A stretch of 64,000 nt of DNA from Candidatus Eiseniibacteriota bacterium (GTDB taxonomy: Bacteria > Eisenbacteria > RBG-16-71-46 > CAIMUX01 > VGJL01). The first letter of the stretch is position 1, and every line of letters begins with the position of its first letter. Positions 1 to 10,551 of the stretch are shown piece after piece. The DNA is taken from positions 1,120,001-1,184,000 of the forward strand of contig CAWBWI010000003.1 in assembly GCA_963792585.1 (NCBI GenBank), read 5' to 3'. The position numbers and the translations under genes are program-made. The notes under the pieces are model-generated. The model did not search any database, had not been told where the DNA came from, and saw only the letters and a program-made list of their open reading frames with translations.

Positions 1-474
1 GTTGTCCATCGTTTTGGGAACCGCGATGACCGGAAATCCCTCCTTGTCGAGGCGAACCGCGTAGGAAAGGGTGTCGTCTCCCCCGATCGCGACGAGTGCG
101 TCGAGCTTCAGCGCGGCCAACACGCGCAAGACATGGTCCGTGACGTCGACCTTCCCCTCGCCGGGGGCGACCGTGTCTCGAAGGTGAGGGGGCAGCTCGG
201 AGCGATTCACCGCGGCCGGGTTGGTTCGCGACGTGTGAAGGAAGGTGCCGCCATGACGGTCGACGGTCCGCACCCTCTCTGCATCGAGGCGAATGACGGC
301 CGGACCATCCGGCCGCTGCGCATCGATCTCGAGAAGTCCTCCCCAACCGCGCCGGACCCCGAGCACCTCGTTGCCGTCGGCGACGGCGCGCAGCGTGATC
401 GCGCGGATGCACGAGTTCAGGCCGGGGACATCCCCGCCGCCGGTCAAGATCCCGATCCGCCGCGGTTTCGTCAT
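1..474 (-). CDS. pfkA: 6-phosphofructokinase family protein, N-terminal part (truncated by window edge)
   Basis: Manual translation from ATG at 474: MTKPRRIGILTGGGDVPGLN...GGTFLHTSRTNP...IGGDDTLS...PKTMDN. Not in the ORF track because it runs off the edge. Confidence 0.92.
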   Translation of the reverse strand, partial: MTKPRRIGILTGGGDVPGLNSCIRAITLRAVADGNEVLGVRRGWGGLLEIDAQRPDGPAVIRLDAERVRTVDRHGGTFLHTSRTNPAAVNRSELPPHLRDTVAPGEGKVDVTDHVLRVLAALKLDALVAIGGDDTLSYAVRLDKEGFPVIAVPKTMDN

Positions 475-1430
475 GCCTCGACTCCTCCTGTTCCGGGCGT
501 CGCGGCCCGTTCGATGATCTCGATTCCCGGCGGATCCGTCCGCGCGACCGCGCGCACGCCGATCGGCAGGGGATGGAACGACGATTCGTGTCCGTACGCG
601 AGCCCCGTGAGGGCCGGGACGCCGAGGCGCGCCGCGTGATGGCGCAGGAGCGACTCGAGGGCCGTCGGTTCATGCGGACCCTCGATCGGTTGGCAGCGGG
701 TGAACTGACCGAAGACGATGGCGGCGATCCCCGCGAGGGAACCAGACATCCGCAGTTGCGTCAGCATCCGGTCGATCCGCTGAAGCGGCTCGTCGATCTC
801 CTCGAGGACGAGGATCGCGTTACGAAGGGGCGGCATGTAGCCGGTGCCGACCATGGAGGTCAGGAGCGAGAGGTTGGCCGGGACGAGTGGGCCGTCCGCT
901 TGACCGGGATGGAGCACCCGCAATTCCCCCTCCGCCGCGATCGAGGAGGGCGGGCCGCCTCTTAGGATGTTGAGGGTCTCGTCGACGAGCCGGACTGGTG
1001 GATCATCGCTGTCTCCCCAGTCGGTCGCGGCCATCGGCCCGGAGAGCCCGATCCAGCCGCGCCGGCCCCAGAGCGCCAGATGCAGCGCGGTCAGGTCGCT
1101 GCGCCCGATGATCCAGCGCGGGGGCAGATCCTCGTCGAGCGCGTCGAAGTAGGGGAGGAGTTGCAGACAGCCCACGCCCCCGCGTCCTGCGAGGATCGCG
1201 TCGACGGATGGATCGTGAAGGAAACCGATCAGCTCCGCCGCGCGTTCTTCATCCGATCCGGCCCAGAGGCCCCCGCGCGCCGCACAACTCGCCCCGGTGA
1301 CGATCTTCCAGCCCATGGATCCCAAGCGTTCGATCGCCCGGGCCAACCGGGCGGGATCCACCGGGCTGGCCGGGCACGCGATTGCCACGCAAGCGTTTCG
1401 GGGGATCGGAGGTGGGTGCTTTCCCAGCAT
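471..1430 (-). CDS. ldcA: LD-carboxypeptidase, peptidase S66 (LdcA/MccF) family
   Basis: Motifs ERAAEL, RGGVG, IGRSDLTAL, LEEIDE, YGH. ATG at 1430 lies inside ORF 471..1781. Confidence 0.85.
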   Translation of the reverse strand: MLGKHPPPIPRNACVAIACPASPVDPARLARAIERLGSMGWKIVTGASCAARGGLWAGSDEERAAELIGFLHDPSVDAILAGRGGVGCLQLLPYFDALDEDLPPRWIIGRSDLTALHLALWGRRGWIGLSGPMAATDWGDSDDPPVRLVDETLNILRGGPPSSIAAEGELRVLHPGQADGPLVPANLSLLTSMVGTGYMPPLRNAILVLEEIDEPLQRIDRMLTQLRMSGSLAGIAAIVFGQFTRCQPIEGPHEPTALESLLRHHAARLGVPALTGLAYGHESSFHPLPIGVRAVARTDPPGIEIIERAATPGTGGVEA

Positions 1431-1518
1431 GCGGGGAGGGTAGCACCGGCCCGAGCGCCGTGCCACGGCGAGGGTGCTTCGATATGCTAGCCTGTGGCAG
1501 GGGCAGAGGAGGAACGCC

Positions 1519-2343
1519 ATGAGAAGAGCTTGGATGCCGTTGCTGACGATCGTCATCGCCTTCATCCTCGGCGGTTGCGGCGAGAAGAAGCAGGCGAGCC
1601 GGGAGACGCCGGCAGATACGCAGCAGGCGGAGGTGCAGCCCCCCGCGGAGACGCCCGCCACGACCCCGCCTCCCGTCGTAGAGGAAGAGAAGACGGAGGA
1701 GCCGAAGAAGGTCGAGAAGCCGAAACCGCAGCCGCCGCCGGTCAAGCAAGAGGAACCGACAAAGCAAGAGGAGCCTCCCAAGCCTCAGCTGGTGAAGCGC
1801 GACGTGACGGTTCCATCGGGGACCGAAATGGCTGTGACCCTGCGCGAGAAGGTCTCCACGGAATCAGGGAAGCCCGGCCAGTCGTTTGCCGCCGTCACGA
1901 AGGACGCCATCCGCGTGGAGGGGCTCGAGCCGGTCCCCGCGGGCTCCGTCGTGTCCGGTGAGGTCACGAACGCGGAGCGGGCGGGACGCGTCGGGGGCAA
2001 GGCGAAGCTGACACTGGCGTTCAGGAGGATCGAGTTGCCTGACGGCAAGAGCTACGCGATCTCGGCGCAGCCGTTGAACCTCGAGGGCGAGGGAACGGCC
2101 AAGGGCGACGTCGAGAAGGTCGTCGGCGGAGCGGTCGGAGGCGGAATCCTCGGCGGCGTTCTCGGGGGCAAGAAGGGCGCCGGTAAGGGGGCGGCCGCCG
2201 GGACGATCGCCGGAGGCATCTTCGCCGTCGCGACCCGCGGCAACGACATCGTTCTCGATGCAGGCAAGGAGATCAAGGTTACGCTCGACGCGGCGCTGAC
2301 GGTTCCGATGATCATCTCCGTCGTGCCGGGACAGAACCCCTAA
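1519..2343 (+). CDS. Lipoprotein with Pro/Glu/Lys-rich linker and TrbI/VirB10-like beta domain with glycine-zipper hairpin
   Basis: GGAGG RBS before ATG 1519; lipobox LGGC; VPSGTEMAVTL...PAGSVVSGEV...GKAKLTLAF; GAVGGGILGGVLGG. Confidence 0.65.
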   Translation: MRRAWMPLLTIVIAFILGGCGEKKQASRETPADTQQAEVQPPAETPATTPPPVVEEEKTEEPKKVEKPKPQPPPVKQEEPTKQEEPPKPQLVKRDVTVPSGTEMAVTLREKVSTESGKPGQSFAAVTKDAIRVEGLEPVPAGSVVSGEVTNAERAGRVGGKAKLTLAFRRIELPDGKSYAISAQPLNLEGEGTAKGDVEKVVGGAVGGGILGGVLGGKKGAGKGAAAGTIAGGIFAVATRGNDIVLDAGKEIKVTLDAALTVPMIISVVPGQNP

Positions 2344-2370
2344 CGATCGATCTCGAACAGCAGGTCCCGA

Positions 2371-3501
<1,131 letters not shown>

Positions 3502-3623
3502 CATCAACTCCCATCCGGCCCTTGGGCCATGTCGTACTCCCGATTATCGGCTCATGACGGGCATCAGTTCAACCGGGCGAGCGGCCGCTGGCGTGAACTG
3601 GTGGATCGTGCGAGACTTGCGGC

Positions 3624-4601
3624 ATGTCAGGCCTCTACCTCGACGGCGGAGGGCCCCTGGAGCGCGAGGCGTTCCTGGTCCGGCTTCACCGGCAATCCGG
3701 CTTCGGCGGCCCGCTGGAGGAGTACCGCGCACGGATCGAGGCGCTCGATGCGCACCCCTATGCCGCCCGCGCGATTCGCGACCTCGTGCTGCGCGACGAT
3801 CGAGACGCGGCGGTCGCCGGCCTCCGTCTGACGGCGATCCACTCCCTCCACGAGGACCGTGAGATCTGGATCGGAGGAATCTCCAGGCTCGTCACGCGCG
3901 AGAGCACCGGTGCGGAAGCAAGCGCGAGCCGGATCGTCGAGATGACCATGGCGCTCCTCGCGGATGAGGAGGTCGACGGCGCGACGATCTTCGCGAACGG
4001 CGATCCGCGGTACCTTCGCGATCTGGGGTTTGAAGTCGTCGGCAGTGAAGGGATCGACGTCGATCTCGTCGATCTCGATGGTCGGTCCGCTCCGCGCGTG
4101 ACGGTCCGGCCGCTGGGCCTCACCGACGGACCCGACATGCGCCGGATTCACGAACGTTCGGGTGCAGGCGAGCCTCTCTGGATGCTGCGCGATACGGAAC
4201 GATGGGACTACCTGCTCCGCGCGGCGGCGCTTCGAGGCGCGGAGTCCGATCCCGTATCGCTCGTGCAGCTCGCGTGCGTGAGGGACGGACGCCTGATCGG
4301 CTATGCAATCGCGGACCCACACGCCCCCGTGCTCGATCTGCTGGACCTGGGTCTCGAGGATCCGGATGACGCCGTGCTCGGAGCGCTCCTTGCCTCACTG
4401 GGCGCGGAGGGTCGGACTCGCGGCTGCGAACGGATGCGCACGCCCCTCCTTCCGGGCGCGGCCGGACGTCTGCTTCGGACCCGCTTCCGACCCGCGGCGT
4501 TGCGCGATGGGCTCTTCCTGGTTGCCGCCCTGCATGAACGACTCGATCTCCGGGCCGTCGTGGAGGGGTGCGGGGGGTACGCCGGGCTCGAGAGGACCTG
4601 A
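3624..4601 (+). CDS. GNAT-family (Eis-like) acetyltransferase, divergent
   Basis: IWIGGISRLVT...YLRDLGFE in the N-terminal GNAT-like part; RDTERWDYL and GRLIGYA in a second module. Confidence 0.6.
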   Translation: MSGLYLDGGGPLEREAFLVRLHRQSGFGGPLEEYRARIEALDAHPYAARAIRDLVLRDDRDAAVAGLRLTAIHSLHEDREIWIGGISRLVTRESTGAEASASRIVEMTMALLADEEVDGATIFANGDPRYLRDLGFEVVGSEGIDVDLVDLDGRSAPRVTVRPLGLTDGPDMRRIHERSGAGEPLWMLRDTERWDYLLRAAALRGAESDPVSLVQLACVRDGRLIGYAIADPHAPVLDLLDLGLEDPDDAVLGALLASLGAEGRTRGCERMRTPLLPGAAGRLLRTRFRPAALRDGLFLVAALHERLDLRAVVEGCGGYAGLERT

Positions 4602-4615
4602 TCGGAGCGACGGGG

Positions 4616-5737
4616 CTACCGGCCGTCGATCAGGGCCTCGATCTCCCGAATCCGCCAGGCCCAGCCATGCTTCCGGGCCTCCGCGCGCCGGGATTCGGCG
4701 CCCGAGTCCCCTTCCTCCAGCGACGCCTCGATCGCCTGGATCCAGGCGGCCGCTCCCCGGGCTCCCCGCACGTGAGAGGACGCGATCAGATCCGCAAGCG
4801 CGGGGATCGGCGTGGCCACGGCGGGCCTGCCGGAGGCGAGGTACTCCCAAGTCTTCAGGGGAGAGGAGTGCGCGCTCGACGCCCCTTCCCGAAGGGGGAG
4901 CAGGCATACGTCCGCGGCGGCGACGTAGCCGGGGGCCACATCGCGGCCTCGTTCCCCAAGGATGTGGACGTTGGGGAGGGCCGCCAGGGGCGCAAGGTCC
5001 GTCTCGGGGTCCCCACGGCCGACCGGACCCACGAGGAGGATCGACCATTCCGAACAGGCCCGCGCGATCTCGGCGAGCAGGGGAAGATCGATCTTGTAGC
5101 CCGCGAGATTGCCCAGATAGAGGAGTCGGGGTCGCGGGATCCCTTCGACGTCCACCGGGACCGGACCGCCTGTCGCGAACCGGTCCACGTCGGCGACGTT
5201 GGGCGCGAGGCGCACGTCGGGGTGGATCGCGGCGAGGCGCCGGCGCAACGGTTCGCTGACGGCGAGGACCGTGTCGACCGATCGAAGTAGCCGTGCCTCG
5301 AGGGATTCGATCCGCTCCCGATCCACCCCCGGGTTCTCCGCGTACGCATCCACACAGTGATAGACGCGCCGGGCGCGAGGGAACATCTCTACGATCGGCG
5401 CCCAGGAGGGGAGATAGGCGATGACGGCCGCGGGCTCGATGCCGGCCGCCCGCAACCCCATCCGCAGGTTCCATGCGAGCAGACGGCCCGAGCGGGCCAC
5501 CGGGCTCAGCACCCGTACCCCGTCCGGCGCCGTGCGCACGCCCCGAGCAGCGTCGCGAACGCGACGGACGATCCTCCGCAAGTCCGGTCCTCGCAGCGTC
5601 GGGGCGCGCAGCCCGACCGAATCGACGAAGAGGACGTCGCGATTCGCCGCGAGACGGCAGGCGATCTGCTGGCAGTTGACCCACGAGCGATCGGAGTACT
5701 GGGCCGAGCCGAGGACCAGAAGAGCCCGGCCGCTCAT
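4616..5737 (-). CDS. GT-B glycosyltransferase (GT4-like, TuaH/GumH type)
   Basis: VYHCVDAY, PNVADVDRF, LPNVHILGE, SPLKTWEYLASGRP. ATG at 5737 overlaps the upstream stop. Confidence 0.88.
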   Translation of the reverse strand: MSGRALLVLGSAQYSDRSWVNCQQIACRLAANRDVLFVDSVGLRAPTLRGPDLRRIVRRVRDAARGVRTAPDGVRVLSPVARSGRLLAWNLRMGLRAAGIEPAAVIAYLPSWAPIVEMFPRARRVYHCVDAYAENPGVDRERIESLEARLLRSVDTVLAVSEPLRRRLAAIHPDVRLAPNVADVDRFATGGPVPVDVEGIPRPRLLYLGNLAGYKIDLPLLAEIARACSEWSILLVGPVGRGDPETDLAPLAALPNVHILGERGRDVAPGYVAAADVCLLPLREGASSAHSSPLKTWEYLASGRPAVATPIPALADLIASSHVRGARGAAAWIQAIEASLEEGDSGAESRRAEARKHGWAWRIREIEALIDGR

Positions 5738-6918
5738 GAGCCCTCTCGCGCCGCGACCAGGGCTTGCTCGATCCGGTCGAGCATCGCCCCGAGGCTGTAG
5801 CGCGTGCGGGCCGTGCGCTCCGCCTCCGCCCCGAGCCCGGCCCGCATCTCCTCGTTGTCGAGGAGCCGCAGGATCGCGTCGCGCAGCGCCCCCGCGTCGC
5901 CGGGAGGGACGAGAATCGCGTCCGCGCCGTCGCGCAGGACGCTCGGAATCCCTCCGATCCTGCTGGCGACGATCGCGCAGCCGCAGGCCATCGCCTCCAC
6001 GAGCGACAGGGCGGATCCTTCCTGCCGGATGGTCGGCATGAGGTAGATCGTGGCGGCGCGATACATCTCGGGCAGACGGTCGTGCGGGATCGGGGCGAGT
6101 CGATGGAATCGTCCGGTCCTTCCGAGCGGGGCTGCCTGTTCCAGAAGGCGGTCTTTCTCGCGTCCCGCGCCGATCATGAATGCGGCCACGCGCTCCCGCT
6201 CCTCGAGGATCGGACCGAGAGCCTGGATCGCCACGTCGAAGCCCTTCTCCCGTTCGAAACGGCCGCCGAAGAGAACACATGCGCGTCCCTCGGCAAGATC
6301 GCGGATCTCGTCCAGCATCGGCCCCTGCCGCTGGAACCGGTCGGTGTCGGCCCCGAGCCATGCGACCGAGACGCGGGCGGGATCGAGCGGCAACTCCTTC
6401 AGCACCCACGCACGCAGTCCGTCGGACTCGCACAGGATGCGGACTGCCCTCGGCAGGTAGCGGCGGGATTGCAGGTGCCCAAACGCGTTCCAAACGATGC
6501 CCGCCCAGATCCTCGGGCGATGGAGCCCTTGCCGCAACTTGCTCCTCAGGTCGGCCGCGGGGGTGCCGACCAGGAAGACGACGACCGGCAGGATCGGGAC
6601 GGCATCGCGAAGCAGGCCGAAGGCTCCACTGCTCTCGCTGTAGACGATGTCGAAGGGTCGGGCGGCGTGATCGACAAGGAAGGCCCTTCGGCTGACCCGC
6701 CAGTAGCCGCCGACATAGCTGCGGGGCCGGGTACCCGCGAGGTGCCGAATGCGCACGCCGCCTTCGGTTCGATCGGACGCTCCGGTCTCGAGCCGCGTCG
6801 TGTAGACGACAACGTCATGGCCCCGCGCGACCAGTCCGCGGGCGACCTGCTGCGCGTGGATTTCCATGCCGCCAAGTCCGTGCGCGGGCATGCACCGGGT
6901 GAAGAATGCGATCCTCAT
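5734..6918 (-). CDS. Glycosyltransferase family 4
   Basis: MRIAFF..GGMEIH..ARGHDV, GRFEREKG, EGSALSLVEAMACG. ATG at 6918. Confidence 0.92.
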   Translation of the reverse strand: MRIAFFTRCMPAHGLGGMEIHAQQVARGLVARGHDVVVYTTRLETGASDRTEGGVRIRHLAGTRPRSYVGGYWRVSRRAFLVDHAARPFDIVYSESSGAFGLLRDAVPILPVVVFLVGTPAADLRSKLRQGLHRPRIWAGIVWNAFGHLQSRRYLPRAVRILCESDGLRAWVLKELPLDPARVSVAWLGADTDRFQRQGPMLDEIRDLAEGRACVLFGGRFEREKGFDVAIQALGPILEERERVAAFMIGAGREKDRLLEQAAPLGRTGRFHRLAPIPHDRLPEMYRAATIYLMPTIRQEGSALSLVEAMACGCAIVASRIGGIPSVLRDGADAILVPPGDAGALRDAILRLLDNEEMRAGLGAEAERTARTRYSLGAMLDRIEQALVAAREGS

Positions 6919-7598
6919 CGTCTGCGTCCCACTACCAGGACCCCGGGCGCCAGGAGGGCGCGTCCGATACCCACGCTCGCGATCGGCCGGAGCAGCGCCC
7001 GCAGGGTGGACCGCGGAGGGACCGGAAGCAACCCCATGACCCGTTCGCAGTCGAAGCCCGTCGTTTCCATGAGAAGAACCATCGACCGGTCGGTGAAGAT
7101 GTGACGCTGGCCGCCGTCGTATGGCGACTCCTCGGGCGAGAGGGCGATCGGCCTGCCCGCGAGGAGCCCAAGCAGGCGGGGAAGTTGCCGCCCGTTGGGC
7201 GCGCTCGCGATCAGCAGACCGCCCGGTTTCAAGACGCGCGCGATCTCGCGGAAGAGGCGCAGCGGCGATTCGACATAGGGCAGCGCGTCGAGGATCGTGA
7301 CGGCGTCGGCGCACGTGTCGCGAAAGGGGAGCCACGGCGAATCCAGGTCTGCGCAGACCCGAGGGATTCCGGCCGGTACCCGGCCGAGCCCGATCACGGA
7401 CAGGTCCAGCCCGATCTTCCGCGACGGGGCAAGTCGGAGGAGCGCGCCGTCGCCGCAGCCCAGATCGATCAGGAGTCCCTCGCGCGGAATCTGCCCGATC
7501 GCGGTCGCCGCGCGTGACCCCGGTTCGGGCGGGGCGACATCGATGCCCTCGCGCGCGGCCCACTTGTCGTCCTGGTACTCGCGGGTTCCGGCGCCCAT
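6915..7598 (-). CDS. Class I SAM-dependent methyltransferase
   Basis: LIDLGCGDG motif I, LPFRD, RVLKPGG. ATG at 7598 is coupled to the upstream stop. Confidence 0.85.
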   Translation of the reverse strand: MGAGTREYQDDKWAAREGIDVAPPEPGSRAATAIGQIPREGLLIDLGCGDGALLRLAPSRKIGLDLSVIGLGRVPAGIPRVCADLDSPWLPFRDTCADAVTILDALPYVESPLRLFREIARVLKPGGLLIASAPNGRQLPRLLGLLAGRPIALSPEESPYDGGQRHIFTDRSMVLLMETTGFDCERVMGLLPVPPRSTLRALLRPIASVGIGRALLAPGVLVVGRRR

Positions 7599-9211
7599 CA
7601 CTTCCTCCGGAGGATTCGCAACAAACCGAGGGCGAGGCGTCGCGTGGACGGGTTCATCGCCGTCCAGCCGACCCACGCGAGGAGGATCAGAACTGCGCCG
7701 ATCGCCAAGCGCGCGACCGGCGGACCGTGCGGCACGATCCCCGGTCCCACCAGGTAGAAGAAGCCGCCGCCCACGAGCAGATAGGCGAGAACGGGTAGAA
7801 CCGTTCGGGCGAGGCCCCAACCGAGGAAGGCGAGACTTCCCGAGAAGAAGAGCACGTTGGCGACGCTGAACGCGGTCGAAACGCCCCGCACTCCCATTCG
7901 GGGCGCCCAGAGGAAGGACAGGACCGCAAAGGAGACGAGGCCAAGCGCGGTCAAGGGCAGCAGGGCACCCAGGCGGCGCTGCGCGTAGAACGCGCGCTGC
8001 AGAACCGTCCCGCCGAACCACGCCCAAAGCCCGATCGCGAAGCCGGAGAGGGCGGCGGTGGTCGTCCGAACCGAGGCCTCGTCGAAGGCGCCGCGGGCGT
8101 AGATGACGCGGACCAGGTCTTCCCCGAAGGACAGCAGCCAGATCGAGAGGGGCAGCAGGGCCCAGAGGCAGGCGAGCAGGAGTGTGCGAACCGAGCTGGT
8201 GAAACGCTCGCGATCTCCCGTGGCGCTCAGATCGGATAGGGTGGGCAGCAGCGTCTGCGTGATCCCCACGCCGACCGTCACCAGCGGCGTCTCGACGAGG
8301 AATCGCGCGTAGTCGAGCGAGGCGATCGATCCCTCGCTCAATCTCGAGGCGACCATCCGCTCCACGATCAGGTTCGATTGCTCGAGGAATACGAGGGCGA
8401 GTCCCGGAACGAGGGTGATGCCGAAGAATCGCCAGATCAGCCGATCGCGACCCTGGGTACCGCGCGCCCGGGGCCGCGCGACGTCGCGCAGGGCGAGGAA
8501 GAGAAGGAGCAGCATGGCCGCCTGCGCGACGGGGAGGGAGAGCCCGAGCGGAGCGACCGCTGCGGCGGGTCTGCTCCGCGCTCCGAGCAGCAGGGCGACG
8601 ACGATCCCCGCAAGGATCGCCAGGTTCTGCACGAGAGCGCGCAGCGCGGGGATGCGAAAGCGATAGAGCGCGTTCGATATGGTCAACATCAGATTCGCGC
8701 CCAGAGCGAGGGGGACGGTGAGCGCCATCGCCGCGAAGAAGATCGCGGTCAGATGCGCGCGGTAGGAATCGAACCCCGGTGCGAGCACCCGCGTCCAGAG
8801 AGGCCCGCCGAAGAGGAGGGCCAGGAAGAGGATCGCCCCCGCAATCCAGAGTGCGCGCTGCGTCTGTTGCGCGGTTCTCCAGGCCAACCGTCTTCGCCCG
8901 GAGGAGAGGAGGTGTTTGAACGTCGGCAGGAATGCGCTGTCGAGGACGCTGCCGCCGAGCAGGTGCGTCAGCAGGAAGGTCCCCGACTGCGCGACCCGGA
9001 ACGCGTCGACGAGCCCCGAGGTGCCGAACGCCCACGCCATCAGCCCCTCGCGCACGATGCCGAGCAGTTTGCTCGCGACGGTCAGGGCCGAGACCCAGAG
9101 CCCCTCGCGGACCAGCCCCGGAGAGCGCGGGATCTCGACGACCGGCGACTTCCCGCTCGCCACGACCCCTACTTCGCCGTCCGGCTCAGCCTGTCCCAGA
9201 GGATCTCGCAC
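7598..9211 (-). CDS. murJ: MurJ/MviN-like MOP-family flippase
   Basis: SKLLGIVRE..FGTS..DAF, LAPGF, ASLDYA, LLPTLS, RGAFD, AFYA; many TM segments. The true start may lie slightly downstream. Confidence 0.8.
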   Translation of the reverse strand: MRDPLGQAEPDGEVGVVASGKSPVVEIPRSPGLVREGLWVSALTVASKLLGIVREGLMAWAFGTSGLVDAFRVAQSGTFLLTHLLGGSVLDSAFLPTFKHLLSSGRRRLAWRTAQQTQRALWIAGAILFLALLFGGPLWTRVLAPGFDSYRAHLTAIFFAAMALTVPLALGANLMLTISNALYRFRIPALRALVQNLAILAGIVVALLLGARSRPAAAVAPLGLSLPVAQAAMLLLLFLALRDVARPRARGTQGRDRLIWRFFGITLVPGLALVFLEQSNLIVERMVASRLSEGSIASLDYARFLVETPLVTVGVGITQTLLPTLSDLSATGDRERFTSSVRTLLLACLWALLPLSIWLLSFGEDLVRVIYARGAFDEASVRTTTAALSGFAIGLWAWFGGTVLQRAFYAQRRLGALLPLTALGLVSFAVLSFLWAPRMGVRGVSTAFSVANVLFFSGSLAFLGWGLARTVLPVLAYLLVGGGFFYLVGPGIVPHGPPVARLAIGAVLILLAWVGWTAMNPSTRRLALGLLRILRRK

Positions 9212-10452
9212 ATCGCGCGAACTCCGAGGGTGAGGCCGGCTTCATCCGGATCGAACGTCGGGCTGTGGTTGGACATCTGCCGGTCCGCCCGGCCGACCCC
9301 GAGGCGAAACATGAACCCGGGGAGGACCTTCTGGTACTCGGAGAAATCCTCGCCCCCGAGCGCCGGCTCGTAGCGAATCACGTTCGCATCACCCGCCGCG
9401 CGACGCAGGCCGGGCAGCGTTTCATCGACCAGCTTCGGATCGTTGTACATTGCGGGAGTGCCGAGAATGTAGGTGATCTCCGGCTCCGGAGCGCCGCCCG
9501 CCGCGGCAATTCCCTTTGCGGTCCGGATGATCGCATCCTGCACGATCGTGCGCGCCTCGGGCGTGAGCGTGCGCACGGTGGCGCGCAGGTCGACGAACGC
9601 GGGAATAACGTTGCTCGACGATCCTCCATGGATCGCGCCGACGGAAATGACCGCGGAATCGTTCGCGTTCACCTCGCGGCTCACGATCGTCTGGAAGCCG
9701 ATGACCATCTGGCACGCGATCACGACCGGATCGATGGTCTTGTGCGGATAGGCGCCGTGACCTCCGCGGCCGAGAACGCGGATGCGGACTTCGTCGACAT
9801 TCGCCGTCGACTGTCCCGGGCAGTAGCCGATCTGGTCCGGCATCAGCGTCGGGTGGACGTGGATCGCGTAAATCGCCTCCGGCCGGCGCGCGCCGTCGAA
9901 TACGCCGGCCCGGATCAGGTTGACGGCCCCCGCGCCGACCTCCTCACCGGGTTCGAGGACGAAGAGGACGGTTCCCGGCATCTGATCCCGGACCTCCGAG
10001 AGGGCCCGCGCCGTCGCGATCAACATCGCCGTGTGCATATCGTGCCCGCACGCATGCATCACACCGACCGTCGAGCCGCCCATCGTGTCGGTCGCCGCGC
10101 AGGCGAACGGCAGGCCGGTTTCTTCCGTGATGGGAAGGGCGTCCATGTCGGCCCGGTAGGCGACGACCGGGCCGGGACGCCCGCCCTTCAGGGTCGCGAT
10201 CAGCCCGGTGGCCCAAGCCCCCGGGACGAGTTCCACGCCGGGGATCGCCTCGAGCCGGGCGCGCACCCACTTCTGGGTCTCGAACTCCCGAAGCGAGAGT
10301 TCCGCGTTCCTGTGGAGCCACCGCCGGTTCTCGATCGTCTCTTCCGCCCTGGCACGGACAATCGTCTCGAATTCAGGCGATCCGCCCGCCGGGCGACCGG
10401 TCATGGTCGTCATGAATAGAAGAACCCCCAAGCTGGCCACCAAGCGCAGCAT
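9169..10452 (-). CDS. M20D family amidohydrolase with predicted signal peptide
   Basis: RADMDALP, MHACGHDMH, PGEE, GGHGAYPH, GGEDF, HSP motifs; hydrophobic N-terminus after ATG 10452. Confidence 0.92.
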   Translation of the reverse strand: MLRLVASLGVLLFMTTMTGRPAGGSPEFETIVRARAEETIENRRWLHRNAELSLREFETQKWVRARLEAIPGVELVPGAWATGLIATLKGGRPGPVVAYRADMDALPITEETGLPFACAATDTMGGSTVGVMHACGHDMHTAMLIATARALSEVRDQMPGTVLFVLEPGEEVGAGAVNLIRAGVFDGARRPEAIYAIHVHPTLMPDQIGYCPGQSTANVDEVRIRVLGRGGHGAYPHKTIDPVVIACQMVIGFQTIVSREVNANDSAVISVGAIHGGSSSNVIPAFVDLRATVRTLTPEARTIVQDAIIRTAKGIAAAGGAPEPEITYILGTPAMYNDPKLVDETLPGLRRAAGDANVIRYEPALGGEDFSEYQKVLPGFMFRLGVGRADRQMSNHSPTFDPDEAGLTLGVRAMCEILWDRLSRTAK

Positions 10453-10551
10453 TCCATTCCCTTCCCTGGTGCGGCGGTCATGTCGGAACCTGGACCATCC
10501 TGCCACCGGACCGGGCCGGCCGCAATCGGCCGTCAGCCGGCCCCGGCGGCG

